DNA of 33,967 nt from Methanothrix sp. (GCA_040770465.1 JAXGJB010000033.1:1-33967), one strand, 5' to 3'. Shown: positions 21,315-31,275, numbered from the stretch's first letter. Translations and numbers: made by a program. The notes: generated by a model not told the origin, from the letters alone.

Positions 21315-21965
21315 TTGCCGATTCGTGTAGAGATCAGGGCTGCCTTCGGCTCCGCCCGTTTTCGTTGCCAGCGCTGCGGGTCCTGCTGTCATCACCGCCG
21401 TCCCGATGAGTTCGACGACCTGGTACCTCCCGAGAGGCAGGCGGAGTTCGTGGAGAAGAGCAACCTGATCTACCTCACCGGAAAGGATATCGAGGCGATC
21501 AGCAGGAAGAGGGGCCTGGCCCCCGAAGAGTTCGTCGACACCCTCTACGAGGAGAAGAAGGGGTCGGTGAGGGTCGAGGAGGGCGGGGGAAAGGTGATCC
21601 TCGACCTGCCAGTGATGAAGTCAAGGGTTTCGGACGGAGCCTGCGTCTTCTTCGAGGAAGGAAGGGGCTGCACCATCTACCCGGTGCGGCCGACGGCCTG
21701 CCGTCTATTCCCCTTCGTCGTCGCGGAGAAGTCCGGTCCCTCGGGGGTGATCATTCTCGAGATCGGCTACAACCCCACCTGTCCCGGCATGGGGAAGGGG
21801 AAGGAGCCGGACAGAAAGAGACTGGAGAAGCTCGTCGGTGACCAGTTCGTCGAGAGGATGGAGGTGATAGGCCCAACAGTCCAGAGGCTGAGGATGGAGG
21901 GGAAGATCCTCCCCGACGCCCGCATCTACAGGACGATGCCTGGGAAGAGGAAACGGCCTATCTGA
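21315..21965 (+). CDS. YkgJ family cysteine-cluster (CxxCxxCC) protein
   Basis: FRCQRCGSCC ... CVFF...CTIYPVRPTACRLFPF ... CPG. Start trimmed to TTG 21315, since the ORF-track start overlaps mtrH and its terminator. Confidence 0.88.
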   Translation: MPIRVEIRAAFGSARFRCQRCGSCCHHRRPDEFDDLVPPERQAEFVEKSNLIYLTGKDIEAISRKRGLAPEEFVDTLYEEKKGSVRVEEGGGKVILDLPVMKSRVSDGACVFFEEGRGCTIYPVRPTACRLFPFVVAEKSGPSGVIILEIGYNPTCPGMGKGKEPDRKRLEKLVGDQFVERMEVIGPTVQRLRMEGKILPDARIYRTMPGKRKRPI

Positions 21966-22023
21966 TCCATCCCCATCTTCTCAACAGCCGTCTCTCGGCC
22001 CCCTTCTACGCTGGCTCTTAAAT

Positions 22024-23013
22024 CTAGAATACGACCGTCCAGCCCTGTCTTGAAGCGTCCTCTTTCGTGTAGCTCGCGCCGTCGACCTTCAGCCCTTTTC
22101 CGTCCAATAGGCTTATGATCCCGCCCTGGTTTGATAGGACGACGTCTTCGCCCGAGAGTCCGACTTTGAGGACGTCGCCAGCTTTGATGGCGCCTTTGAG
22201 AGGGGACTTGTTCTTGTTCTTGTCGGCGAGGGCCCATCCGGCGAGGTCGATCGGATCGGGTGTCGTATTGAGGAGGAGGACGCTCTCGGAGCCCTGATCC
22301 GTGCCTTTCGGGTTTATCAGGGCCGCGATGATCCGGACGCTTCCGTCTCCGGTGGCCGGCGATTCGTCGATGCAGTGGCCCGCCGCATCGTCGGTGTGGA
22401 AGCACTGGGACTGGAAGGCGAGGAATATGGCAACCCATCGGACCTCGTCGGGGAGGTGGATTATCAGGCCGCCGTCCTGGTAGACGCCGTCATCCTTCTT
22501 CCAGCTCTCGGAGTTCCCCTGGTTCATGTGGATGTCGTGGATGCCGCTTCCCGGCTTGAAGCCGAAGTACGTGTCCCGCTTCTTCTCCGGTCCCCACCTC
22601 TGGCCGAAGGCGTAGACGGCGCTCGTCTCCATCCCGATCGCCCTCGCGATGTACTTGTGGATCAGCTCGTTGAGGTCGTTGTCGGGGCCGGGGACGTTGT
22701 AGGGGAGGGGTCTCATCCTGGATGGATTGAAGAGGTTTCCACGGATGTAGTCGAGGGCCATCCCGCCGGGCTTCGATTCCAGGCCGACGAAGCCGAAGGG
22801 GAGGGCTGCCAGCTCCTCGACGATGGGGTGGCTGAAGTCCTCGTCCACGTAGTAGAGGAGATCCGACGGCGGCTCGCTCGACTTGACGTTGATCGCAATC
22901 CGATGCCTGAGGTCGTCGTCGACGGCCAGAACCTGAAAGTGGGGGCTCTCCCCCACACCGTTCTTGCTCTCGATCGCCTTTGCTTTCAGAACGCCGTATC
23001 CTTCAAGGGGCAT
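22024..23013 (-). CDS. YukJ/DUF2278 family protein with C-terminal lamin-tail-like domain
   Basis: MPLEGYGVLK, PHFQ, RIAINVKS, LDYIRGNLF, GIHDIHMNQGN, DGVYQDGG; C-terminal IIAALINP.G.D...E.VLLLN...DLAGW.L.D. GAGGTG RBS supports start 23013. Confidence 0.88.
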   Translation of the reverse strand: MPLEGYGVLKAKAIESKNGVGESPHFQVLAVDDDLRHRIAINVKSSEPPSDLLYYVDEDFSHPIVEELAALPFGFVGLESKPGGMALDYIRGNLFNPSRMRPLPYNVPGPDNDLNELIHKYIARAIGMETSAVYAFGQRWGPEKKRDTYFGFKPGSGIHDIHMNQGNSESWKKDDGVYQDGGLIIHLPDEVRWVAIFLAFQSQCFHTDDAAGHCIDESPATGDGSVRIIAALINPKGTDQGSESVLLLNTTPDPIDLAGWALADKNKNKSPLKGAIKAGDVLKVGLSGEDVVLSNQGGIISLLDGKGLKVDGASYTKEDASRQGWTVVF

Positions 23014-23133
23014 ATTAACACCTCTTCTCTTGATCTTCCCTAAAAATAGTTTATGAGAGTTAAAACATTCCGTCCGATCCGTTCGATTTTCCGTCCGGCC
23101 GACCTTCAGCAAAGCCGGCTTAAAGGTCCCCCA

Positions 23134-24276
23134 TTATTTTCTCTCCTCCAGATACCTCTCCAGCCTCGCGAGACCCTCATTGATCCGCTCCAGGGAGCTC
23201 GCGTAGGAGAACCGGAGGTACCCCTCGCCGTTGGCGCCGAAGTCGACGCCGGGGGTGACGCCGACGTGGGCCTTCTCCAGGATGTCGAAGGCGAGGCTGT
23301 AGGAGTCGGACGAGAGGTGGCGGGCATTGACGAAGACGTAGAAGGCGCCAGTCGGCTCGGTGGCGATCCCAAAGCCCAGCTCCCGGAGCCGCTGGATCAT
23401 GAACCGCCGCCGCTCGTCGTAGGTCCGCCGCATCCGGGCGACGTCTTCGGCGGTCTTTTGGAGGGCTGCGATCCCCGCCCTCTGGACGACGGAGTTGGCG
23501 CAGATGAAGAGGTTCTGCTGCATCTTCTGGATCGGCCTGATGAACTTTTGCGGCGCGATCAGGTAGCCGAGGCGCAGGCCGGTCATGGCGTAGAGCTTTG
23601 AGAAGCCGTTGAGAACGATGGCGTCGTCTGTGAACTCCAAAATCGAGTGCTCCTTTCCAGCGTAGACGAGGCCGTGGTAGATCTCGTCGGATATGACCCG
23701 GACCCCCAGATCGGCGATCGCCCGCATCCTTCCAGCAGAGAGGACGATTCCCGTGGGGTTACTGGGCGAGTTGATGACGACGGCTTTGGTCTGATCAGTG
23801 ATTCGCGAAGATATCGCCTCGGCCGAGAGCTGGAAGCCGTCGGCCTCGCTGACCGGAACGGGGACCGGGACGCCGCCCGCGAACCTGATGAAGTTAGGGT
23901 AACAGGCGTAGCCTGGGTCGGATAAGATCACCTCGTCGCCAGCCTCCAGGAGGGCGGAGAAGACGAGCATCATCGCCGGCGACGTCCCGGAGCAGACTAC
24001 GATCTGGTCGGGCTCGACGGTGACGCCGTACCGCTCATTGTAGTGCTCGGCGATCGCCTCCCGCAGCTGAGGGTCGCCGAGGCTGTGGGTGTAGTGGGTG
24101 TGCCCCTCGACGAGGGCCCGTTTCACCGCCTCGCAGACGGGGGTGGGGAGGTCGAAGTCGGGCTCGCCCACCTCCAGGTGGACGATGTCGATCCCCTCCC
24201 TCTCCATCGCCCTTGCGCGCTCCAGAACGTCCATCACCAAAAAGGGGGTCATCTCCTCTGCTCGTCTCGAGATCAT
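23134..24276 (-). CDS. PLP-dependent class I/II aminotransferase (aspartate aminotransferase-like)
   Basis: GEPDF, INSPSNPTG, SDEIY, NGFSKLYAMTGLRLG (PLP Lys), LRFSY. Confidence 0.95.
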   Translation of the reverse strand: MISRRAEEMTPFLVMDVLERARAMEREGIDIVHLEVGEPDFDLPTPVCEAVKRALVEGHTHYTHSLGDPQLREAIAEHYNERYGVTVEPDQIVVCSGTSPAMMLVFSALLEAGDEVILSDPGYACYPNFIRFAGGVPVPVPVSEADGFQLSAEAISSRITDQTKAVVINSPSNPTGIVLSAGRMRAIADLGVRVISDEIYHGLVYAGKEHSILEFTDDAIVLNGFSKLYAMTGLRLGYLIAPQKFIRPIQKMQQNLFICANSVVQRAGIAALQKTAEDVARMRRTYDERRRFMIQRLRELGFGIATEPTGAFYVFVNARHLSSDSYSLAFDILEKAHVGVTPGVDFGANGEGYLRFSYASSLERINEGLARLERYLEERK

Positions 24277-24335
24277 GTCGATGGGCTCCTAACCTGATAC
24301 GAAAAGACGACGTCGATAAGGACGATAGACCTTTC

Positions 24336-24363
24336 GATTGAGCTATATACATATAGCTCAATC
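24336..24363. promoter_or_regulatory. Perfect 13-bp inverted repeat (operator-like) overlapping TATA-like sequence
   Basis: GATTGAGCTATAT-AC-ATATAGCTCAATC, 60 nt upstream of the aminotransferase. Confidence 0.55.
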
Positions 24364-24584
24364 ATATCGCGGTAGTGGGGGGAGCCTCGTCTCCAACGAG
24401 ACCCGAAGTACCATCGCGATCGAGCCGAATATCAGATCGATGCATCCTATGGACGATCATCCTGGATCGGGGCCAAAATTACGCACCTCCCGCCAGGGAT
24501 CTTTTGCCTTATTCAAGCAAAAATGTTGCAGTTCAATAAACTTATATGCAAGGAACAACAACCTGATACAACAGAGGTGCTGCG

Positions 24585-24989
24585 ATGATGAAGATCAGGG
24601 TTGTCAGTTCCAAGAAGGAGATCGACGAGTTGAACAGAAACGAGCAGATGATACACTTGGCCTTCAGGGCTTCAAATACCGACATCTTCAGGCTCCTTCA
24701 GGCCTGCCCGCGACTGCGGGCGATACAGGTCCCATCATCCTATTACAAAACCATGTCCCATGCGGGGCAGATGTTTCTGGAGATGCAGGGCGTCGAGATC
24801 ATAGAAGGAGACGTATGGGGGCACCGGAAGGACATCGACGAATACTACACCGTCAATGACAAGGTGATTGAAAGGATTAACAACCTTCAGTCGGAAGGTG
24901 TAAACGTCGACGAGATTGCAGGCAGAGTCTCGCGGGAATCGAAGCTCTCCCCTGCCATGGTCAAGTACATGGTAAAACAGGCAACTTGA
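24585..24989 (+). CDS. DUF1699 family protein (copy 1)
   Basis: MKIRVVSSK.EI..L..NE..IHLAFR.SN.DIF.L...CP.L..IQVP.SY..., EGDVWGHRKDIDEYY; TATA (CTTATAT) at about 24541. Confidence 0.9.
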   Translation: MMKIRVVSSKKEIDELNRNEQMIHLAFRASNTDIFRLLQACPRLRAIQVPSSYYKTMSHAGQMFLEMQGVEIIEGDVWGHRKDIDEYYTVNDKVIERINNLQSEGVNVDEIAGRVSRESKLSPAMVKYMVKQAT

Positions 24990-25099
24990 ACGTTAAAGAA
25001 GCGCATCCGACCGCTGCCAGCGGAGAGAAACGCGTTCCGCGTAAACGGCAGGAGGTTAATCGTATTCGATTACGTTCATAATTTGGGAGGGCGGTTATA

Positions 25100-25504
25100 A
25101 TGATGAAGATAAGGATAGTAAGCTCCAAAGATGACATAAACGGCATTGCGAGGGGCGATCGCACTGTTCATCTGGCCTACAGGGCCTCCAGCACCGATAT
25201 GTTCAAACTTCTACAGTCCAGCCCCAGGCTCAGGGCGGTACAGGTCCCACCATCGTACTACAAGAATATGCCCGAAACCGCTCGGATCTTCCTCGATACT
25301 CAGGGAGTTGAGATCATCGAGGGTGACGTCTGGGGTCACAGGAAGGACATCGACGAGTATTACGTAATCAACGACGATGTCATCGAAAAGATAGAAAAAC
25401 TCCAGTCCGATGGACTGAACGTTGACGAGATCTCATCCAGAGTCTCCTGGGAGTCGAAGCTCTCACCGGGAATGGTCAACTACATCATCAGGCAGTCTGC
25501 TTGA
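25100..25504 (+). CDS. DUF1699 family protein (copy 2)
   Basis: Same length (134 aa) and motifs as copy 1 (EIIEGDVWGHRKDIDEYY, ESKLSP); GGGAGG RBS. Confidence 0.9.
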   Translation: MMKIRIVSSKDDINGIARGDRTVHLAYRASSTDMFKLLQSSPRLRAVQVPPSYYKNMPETARIFLDTQGVEIIEGDVWGHRKDIDEYYVINDDVIEKIEKLQSDGLNVDEISSRVSWESKLSPGMVNYIIRQSA

Positions 25505-25593
25505 TTTCCAGCTCGACCAAAAGCCCCGGGTCCGCCCGACCTGAGGAAGGCCCGGCGACCCGCACTCCAAAACCAATCCATTTGTTATTCTGC

Positions 25594-26538
25594 CTATAGA
25601 TCCCCTTCGTCGATAGCTTCCAGCATCTCCACCATCCGGTCCAGAACCTCGGGGACACCCTCACCGCTCAATGTGGACATGGTCATCTCGGCGCCCTCGT
25701 AAGAGGAGAGGTCTGCCTTGTTTGCCACCACCAGCACCGGAAGATGAAGCCAGCTCTTGATATCAGTCAGAAGTTTAAGCTGGTCGGCGAGGGTGAAGCC
25801 GCAGTACTCGCTCGGGTCCAGGATGAAGAGGACGGCGCCCCGAAGGTGACGGAGGGCGGCGATCGCCTGAAGCTCGATCTCGTTTCTCATGGAGAGGGGC
25901 CTATCGAGGAGTCCCGGTGTGTCCACCACCTGGTACCTCTGATGATGGCGGGTGAAGTGGCCAACACCCACCCCTTTCGTAGTGAAGGGGTAGGTCGCGA
26001 TCTCCGGCCTCGCCCCGGTGACGGCGGTCATGAAGCTCGACTTGCCGACGTTCGGGTATCCAGCGACGATGACAGTGGGGAGGTCCGGATCGACCGAGGG
26101 CATCTTCCTCAGCTTCTGGCGGGCATCGTTCAGGAAGAGCAGGTCGGGCTCTATCGACTTCATCACCGAGGCCATCCTGCCGAAGGCGGCCCGCCTCAGG
26201 GCCGGCTTGTCTGCCGTCCCTCTCATCCTCGTCAGGTGATCTCTGGTGATGGCCCGGATCTGAGAGCCGGCCCAGGATACCCTGGAGAGGTGAACCCTCA
26301 TCTCGTCCACCCCCACGGCAGCGTCGGCGAGGTCGTGGTAGAAGGGCGGGATGTTCATGAAGGAGGGGTACTTTCGCACCAGGTTTGTCAGGTTGTCGGA
26401 TAGGATGTTTCCAGCGGTCATGAGCATCGCCTCGTCCTTCTTCTGGCCCGTTGCCGCCCTCTTTGACCGTCTGAAGGCCCGATCCACCAGCTCCTGGGAT
26501 GTGGGGACGGTTGGAAGCCTTTCGAACATAACCGCCAT
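25594..26538 (-). CDS. Nog1-family nucleolar GTP-binding protein
   Basis: FERLPTVPT..EL.DRAF, GYPNVGKSS, YPFTT, DTPG, NKAD. Start trimmed to 26538 (or 26529). Confidence 0.95.
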   Translation of the reverse strand: MAVMFERLPTVPTSQELVDRAFRRSKRAATGQKKDEAMLMTAGNILSDNLTNLVRKYPSFMNIPPFYHDLADAAVGVDEMRVHLSRVSWAGSQIRAITRDHLTRMRGTADKPALRRAAFGRMASVMKSIEPDLLFLNDARQKLRKMPSVDPDLPTVIVAGYPNVGKSSFMTAVTGARPEIATYPFTTKGVGVGHFTRHHQRYQVVDTPGLLDRPLSMRNEIELQAIAALRHLRGAVLFILDPSEYCGFTLADQLKLLTDIKSWLHLPVLVVANKADLSSYEGAEMTMSTLSGEGVPEVLDRMVEMLEAIDEGDL

Positions 26539-26613
26539 GGACGTTCCTTCCAGGAGATAAACTTTGAGTCCCAGGGGAGAGGCAAAACTCATCGAATAAA
26601 ATGTTTGCGGAAC

Positions 26614-26626
26614 ATTTATATAAGAT
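26614..26626. promoter_or_regulatory. TATA box in the divergent nog1 / gar1-tfb intergenic region
   Basis: ATTTATATAAG about 35 nt upstream of gar1; readable in both directions. Confidence 0.55.
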
Positions 26627-26657
26627 GGCCCCGAACAGGCTGAGGTGAGGTGACCTG

Positions 26658-26936
26658 TTGAAGAGGTTGGGCACCACCCATCATTTCGTCCAGAAAAAGT
26701 TGATTGTGCGCACAGAGGCGTCGAGCGGCGCAAAAGATACGGAACTTCCGAAGATCAATTCTGTCGTCGTAGATCAGAAGAAAACGAAGATCGGTCGGGT
26801 TTTTGACATATTCGGTCCGACGGATCGGCCCTACATCGTCGTCAAACCTTATCGGAACGTCGATGGGGCGGTTCACCTGGGGAAAAAACTCTATTTCGAG
26901 GAGCGCGGGTTTGGTGGAAGAAATAGAAAAGATTAG
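26658..26936 (+). CDS. gar1: H/ACA RNP subunit Gar1/Naf1
   Basis: MKRLG...V.D.....[18 protein letters not shown]; conserved position upstream of tfb. Confidence 0.9.
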   Translation: MKRLGTTHHFVQKKLIVRTEASSGAKDTELPKINSVVVDQKKTKIGRVFDIFGPTDRPYIVVKPYRNVDGAVHLGKKLYFEERGFGGRNRKD

Positions 26937-27927
26937 GGAGATCGAACGGTCTGAGAAGGAGAAGATCCAGGAGAAGATCAAGCTCAGGCGAGAGAAGGAG
27001 AAGGTAGACGAGTTTGAGAAGTTCATCGTCGAATGTCCCGAGTGCGGAAGCCACGCCCTGGTCCACGACTACGAGCGGGCGGAGCTCGTCTGCAGCGACT
27101 GCGGTCTCGTCATCGACGAGAACTTCATCGACCAGGGTCCAGAGTGGAGGGCCTTCGACCACGACCAGAGGATGAAAAGGTCGAGGGTGGGAGCCCCCAT
27201 GACATACACCATCCACGACAAGGGCCTGTCGACGATGATAGACTGGAGGAACCGGGACTCCTACGGCAAGACCATCTCCTCAAAGAACAGGGCTCAGCTG
27301 TACCGTCTCCGAAAATGGCAGAGGCGGATTCGGGTCAGCAACGCCACCGAGAGGAACCTCGCCTTCGCCCTCTCCGAGCTCGACCGGATGGCCTCGGCCC
27401 TGGGCCTCTCTCGAAACGTCAGGGAGACGGCTGCTGTGATCTACAGGAAGGCCGTCGACAAGAACCTGATCAGAGGAAGGTCCATCGAGGGCGTCGCCGC
27501 CGCGGCCCTCTACGCCGCCTGCAGGCAGTGCAACGTCCCGAGGACCTTAGACGAGATCGCAGAGGTCTCGAGAGTATCGAGAAAGGAGATCGGGAGGACC
27601 TATCGGTTCGTTTCGAGGGAGCTGGCCCTGAAGTTGATGCCCACAAGCCCCATCGACTACATACCTCGTTTCTGCTCCGGGCTCAGCCTCAAGGGCGAGG
27701 TCCAGGCGAAGGGGATAGAGATCCTCCGCCAGGCTGCAGAGAAGGAGCTGACCAGCGGCCGGGGGCCCACCGGGGTGGCGGCTGCGGCGATCTACATCGC
27801 CTCGATCCTCTGCGGCGACCGGAGGACCCAGCGAGAGGTGGCGGACGTCGCCGGGGTGACGGAGGTCACCATCCGGAACCGCTACAAGGAGCTGGCCGAG
27901 GAGCTGGGGATAGAGATCATCCTCTGA
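26911..27927 (+). CDS. tfb: Transcription initiation factor IIB (TFB)
   Basis: Zn ribbon CPEC...CSDC, GPEWRAF, HDKGLST, GRSIE, two cyclin repeats, [12 protein letters not shown]. Start likely TTG 26911 or GTG 26914. Confidence 0.97.
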   Translation: MVEEIEKIREIERSEKEKIQEKIKLRREKEKVDEFEKFIVECPECGSHALVHDYERAELVCSDCGLVIDENFIDQGPEWRAFDHDQRMKRSRVGAPMTYTIHDKGLSTMIDWRNRDSYGKTISSKNRAQLYRLRKWQRRIRVSNATERNLAFALSELDRMASALGLSRNVRETAAVIYRKAVDKNLIRGRSIEGVAAAALYAACRQCNVPRTLDEIAEVSRVSRKEIGRTYRFVSRELALKLMPTSPIDYIPRFCSGLSLKGEVQAKGIEILRQAAEKELTSGRGPTGVAAAAIYIASILCGDRRTQREVADVAGVTEVTIRNRYKELAEELGIEIIL

Positions 27928-28732
27928 ATTGCTCGACGACCATGGACCTGGCGAGGGCGCTAGCCGCCTCCGCCCGGGCCGCCTCTCTTTTCCAGACGTT
28001 TGATAACCTTTCCCGAGCCATCCTCATGGAGTAGGGCTCGATCGTCCACTCGACCCCCTGATATCCCACGTCCATCAGGATCAGGCCTTCGGCCGGTGCG
28101 GCGACGACGCCCTGGTTGGTTTCAGAGTCTAGGATGGCTCCAACCCAGGCGAGGTCCCGTTTGCCTGAGCCCACCATCTCCAGGACGGTCGCGATCTTTC
28201 TCACCATGTTCCAGAGAAAGCCGTCGGCCCGCACCTCCACAACAATCGTCTCGCCCTTCTCTGACAGTTCGAGCTTCATAAGATTTCGGGTGGTGGACCT
28301 GATCTTCTCCGATGAGAGGTTCCGGAAATCGTGGATTCCGAGAAGCATTCCGGCCGCTTGCCGCATCAGGTCGAGGTCGAGGCCGTCGTTGGGAAGAAAG
28401 TACCTGTACTCGCGCCAGAGGGCGGCGTGGCGCGCGCTGAAGTTCTCGGGAACATTGGCCCAGGCCCAGGCCCAGACGTCCGGAGGAAGCTTGCTGTTTA
28501 CGACCCTGGGGACAGCGAGGCTCGCCTTCCTCGGATCGACGTAGAAGTCGATCACCTGGCCGAGGGCGGAGACGCCCCGGTCGGTCCTCCCGGCGTAGCA
28601 GAAGCTCCCGTCGTTTATGGCCAGGGATCGGAGGGCTTTCCTTACGACGGACTGGACGGTCAGGACGTCGGGCTGGAGCTGGAAGCCGTGGTATCCGCCG
28701 CCGAGGTAGCCGAGCTTGAAGGCGACTTTCAT
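27917..28732 (-). CDS. truA: tRNA pseudouridine(38-40) synthase
   Basis: [17 protein letters not shown]...[13 protein letters not shown] (catalytic Asp), [17 protein letters not shown]. Start trimmed to 28732; converges on tfb with an 11-nt overlap. Confidence 0.95.
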   Translation of the reverse strand: MKVAFKLGYLGGGYHGFQLQPDVLTVQSVVRKALRSLAINDGSFCYAGRTDRGVSALGQVIDFYVDPRKASLAVPRVVNSKLPPDVWAWAWANVPENFSARHAALWREYRYFLPNDGLDLDLMRQAAGMLLGIHDFRNLSSEKIRSTTRNLMKLELSEKGETIVVEVRADGFLWNMVRKIATVLEMVGSGKRDLAWVGAILDSETNQGVVAAPAEGLILMDVGYQGVEWTIEPYSMRMARERLSNVWKREAARAEAASALARSMVVEQFRG

Positions 28733-28778
28733 GATATCGGAGATGAAGATCAGACGATCCGGGGACAATTGCCCCGGA

Positions 28779-30041
28779 TCAGATCTCCCTCGGGTCGGTG
28801 ATCTCGCCGGTGATGGCTCCGGCGGCTGCAGTCGCCGGAGAGCAGAGGTAGACCCGAGCTTTGGGGCTTCCCTGCCTTCCCTGGAAGTTTCGGTTCGAGG
28901 TTGAGAGGGAGACCTCGCCGTCGCCGAGGAGGCCGAAGCTTCCACCCATGCAGGGGCCGCAGCATGGAGACTCGACCGTCGCTCCCGCCTCCATGAACTG
29001 CTCGACGAGGCCGGCCCTGAGGACCTTCATGTACTCGGTCCTGCTGGCGGGGATCACCACCATTCGCACCCCCCGGGCCAGGGGCTCGCCTTTCATCACC
29101 TCGGCGGCGAGGGCGAGGTCCTCGAACCTCCCGTTGGTGCAGGAGCCGAGGAAGACCTGGTCGATCTTCGTTCCCGCCAGCTCGCTTGCCGCCACCACGT
29201 TGTCGACGTTGTGGGGGACGGCCACCTGGGGAGAAAGGTCGGAGACGTCCCAGACCCGTTCCTCAAATGTTGCGTCCTCGTCGCCGTGGAGGACTGTCTT
29301 CTCGTCGAACCCATCGACCCGTTCTCTGATGTAGCTGTAGGTCGTATCGTCAGGGTCGACGAGGCCGGCCTTCCCGCCCATCTCGATCGCCATGTTGGTC
29401 ATGGTCATCCTCTCGGGGACCGACATCTTGGAGACCGCCGATCCCGCAAACTCGCAGGCCTTGTACGTTGCGCCGTCGGCGCCGATGTCGCCGATCATCC
29501 TCAGGACGACGTCCTTTGAGGTGACGAGCCGGGAGAGCCGACCTTCTGCCCTGAGCCGGAGGGTCTCGGGGACCATGAACCAGAGCTTCCCGGTGGCGAA
29601 GACCGAGGCCATGTCGGTGCTCCCGATGCCGGTCGAGAACGCGCCGAGAGCGCCGTAGGTGCAGGTGTGGGAATCGGAGCCGACGACGAGGTCGCCGGGG
29701 AGGGTGTGCCCCTTCTCCGGCATCACCTGGTGGCAGACCCCCTCGAAGATGTCGTAGTTAAGAATCCCCTGCGAGGCAGCGAACTTTCGGAGCATGATGT
29801 GATTAGCGGCTGCCGCGAGGCTGTCTGCCGGGACCTGATGGTCGAAGAGTATCACTATCTTGGAGGGGTCCCAGACAGTCGCGTCCTCGCCTGCGATCTC
29901 GTAAAACCCCTTCACCGCCAGGGGGCCGGTGATGTCGTGGACCATGGCCCGATCTATGTCGGCCATGACGAACTCGCCAGCTTTCACCTCCTTCTTCGAG
30001 GCTCGAGAGAAGATCTTCTCAGAGAGGGTATAACCAGCCAT
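28779..30041 (-). CDS. leuC: Aconitase-family 3-isopropylmalate dehydratase / homoaconitase large subunit
   Basis: [53 protein letters not shown]. Start trimmed to 30041. LeuC, HacA and DmdA cannot be distinguished by eye. Confidence 0.85.
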   Translation of the reverse strand: MAGYTLSEKIFSRASKKEVKAGEFVMADIDRAMVHDITGPLAVKGFYEIAGEDATVWDPSKIVILFDHQVPADSLAAAANHIMLRKFAASQGILNYDIFEGVCHQVMPEKGHTLPGDLVVGSDSHTCTYGALGAFSTGIGSTDMASVFATGKLWFMVPETLRLRAEGRLSRLVTSKDVVLRMIGDIGADGATYKACEFAGSAVSKMSVPERMTMTNMAIEMGGKAGLVDPDDTTYSYIRERVDGFDEKTVLHGDEDATFEERVWDVSDLSPQVAVPHNVDNVVAASELAGTKIDQVFLGSCTNGRFEDLALAAEVMKGEPLARGVRMVVIPASRTEYMKVLRAGLVEQFMEAGATVESPCCGPCMGGSFGLLGDGEVSLSTSNRNFQGRQGSPKARVYLCSPATAAAGAITGEITDPREI

Positions 30042-30199
30042 GGCCAGGGAGATCTCCGCCAAAATAGATAAAGCTTGACCTCTGCTGGGATAGAAAGATA
30101 AAAATCGTCTTCTGTAAAGTTTCATGTCATAGACGAAAGAGTTATGAAGGCTTCAAGTTATGATTTAGATCCAACTGTATCATTAAGTATCGAGAGGTT

Positions 30200-31204
30200 A
30201 TGATGAACGAAGCCATTCCTGCAAATCCTAAAGTGATTAAAGAGGCGCTGGAGCTATCCGAGACTATACGTAAGGATATCGAAATGGGAGAAATACCTTT
30301 GTCGGGTATTGCATTGAGAACCAAACGGCTTGCGGATATTCTAAAGGATACCGTTTATCAGAAGATCTTTGACTATGAAGTGAATGGCTACCCAACAACT
30401 CCTGACGGAATTAATCAGGATGTTTGGGAGTGTGCTGTTATAGCTAATAGGATTTATCAAAAAAAGGACGATAAAACAAGTGAAGTAAAGAACTATGCAC
30501 ACATCAAATCAATAGAGGAACTTGAAGCAATACTACAGGTATATCGGCCTGCAAACACTTGGATATCCCATGGAATAGGTTTCTCGAATCCGATATATAC
30601 CTCATCAGAGTTAGACGAGATGCAAAAGCTCCTTTCAAACAGAAAAAGATTTATTTATGATTATATATCTCAGAAATATTACGAACTTAAATTTTCATAT
30701 TTGGCTGAAGACGCATTTTCTCGAATACGGGAATCGGTTGATAAATCAATTGGTTCGTTAGTTCCTATGGGCGATCAAAGGATTAAATCTATTTATAAAA
30801 ATTTACGATCTGATAACCCCGAAGACTGGTCAATGGCAGTACACGGTTGTAGAAGGGTTCTCACCGCTTTGGCGGATGCTGCATTTCCACCGCAGACCGA
30901 GCCTAGGCATAAAAACGTAAATGGTAAAGAAATAAAAATCAAACTGGGACCAGATGAATATAAAAATAGACTTATTTGTTTTGTGGAGGATCACAGCAAT
31001 TCAGAACGGTTCAAGGAGTTAGTAGGATCTCACTTAGAATTCCTAGAAAATCGACTTGAAAGTGTTATCGAAGCTGCAAATAAGGGTACTCATTCGATAA
31101 TAATTAGTCGTGAAGAGGCAGATCGTTATGTGGTGTACACATATATGATCGTCGGAGATATCCTCACTCTGTGGAAGGGAAAACAACATACTCTAGAAAA
31201 TTAA
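30200..31204 (+). CDS. AbiTii-like N-terminal domain protein with putative HEPN-like C-terminal domain
   Basis: N-terminus LS.IALR.KRLA.IL.D......DYEVNGY resembles AbiTii. C-terminus EDWS.AVHGCRRVL.ALAD..FPP...NRL...NKGTH is HEPN-like. Strongly AT-rich relative to its neighbours. Confidence 0.7.
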   Translation: MMNEAIPANPKVIKEALELSETIRKDIEMGEIPLSGIALRTKRLADILKDTVYQKIFDYEVNGYPTTPDGINQDVWECAVIANRIYQKKDDKTSEVKNYAHIKSIEELEAILQVYRPANTWISHGIGFSNPIYTSSELDEMQKLLSNRKRFIYDYISQKYYELKFSYLAEDAFSRIRESVDKSIGSLVPMGDQRIKSIYKNLRSDNPEDWSMAVHGCRRVLTALADAAFPPQTEPRHKNVNGKEIKIKLGPDEYKNRLICFVEDHSNSERFKELVGSHLEFLENRLESVIEAANKGTHSIIISREEADRYVVYTYMIVGDILTLWKGKQHTLEN

Positions 31205-31275
31205 AGTTAGAACTGCGCATCGCTGCAAGCTGCGAGATGCTCAACTTGAATTAAAAACCGCCAACCTGCGCACCC

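Noticed and set aside
24338-24859. 173-aa ORF starting inside the palindrome
   Set aside because: Overlaps DUF1699 copy 1 out of frame and spans its promoter; no motifs.
27033-28034. 333-aa alternative-frame ORF over tfb
   Set aside because: Arg/Gly/Pro-rich off-frame product typical of GC-rich genes.
31204-31248. Imperfect hairpin after the AbiTii-like gene as a second attC
   Set aside because: GTT and AAC boxes are in the wrong order on both strands; more likely a terminator or chance.
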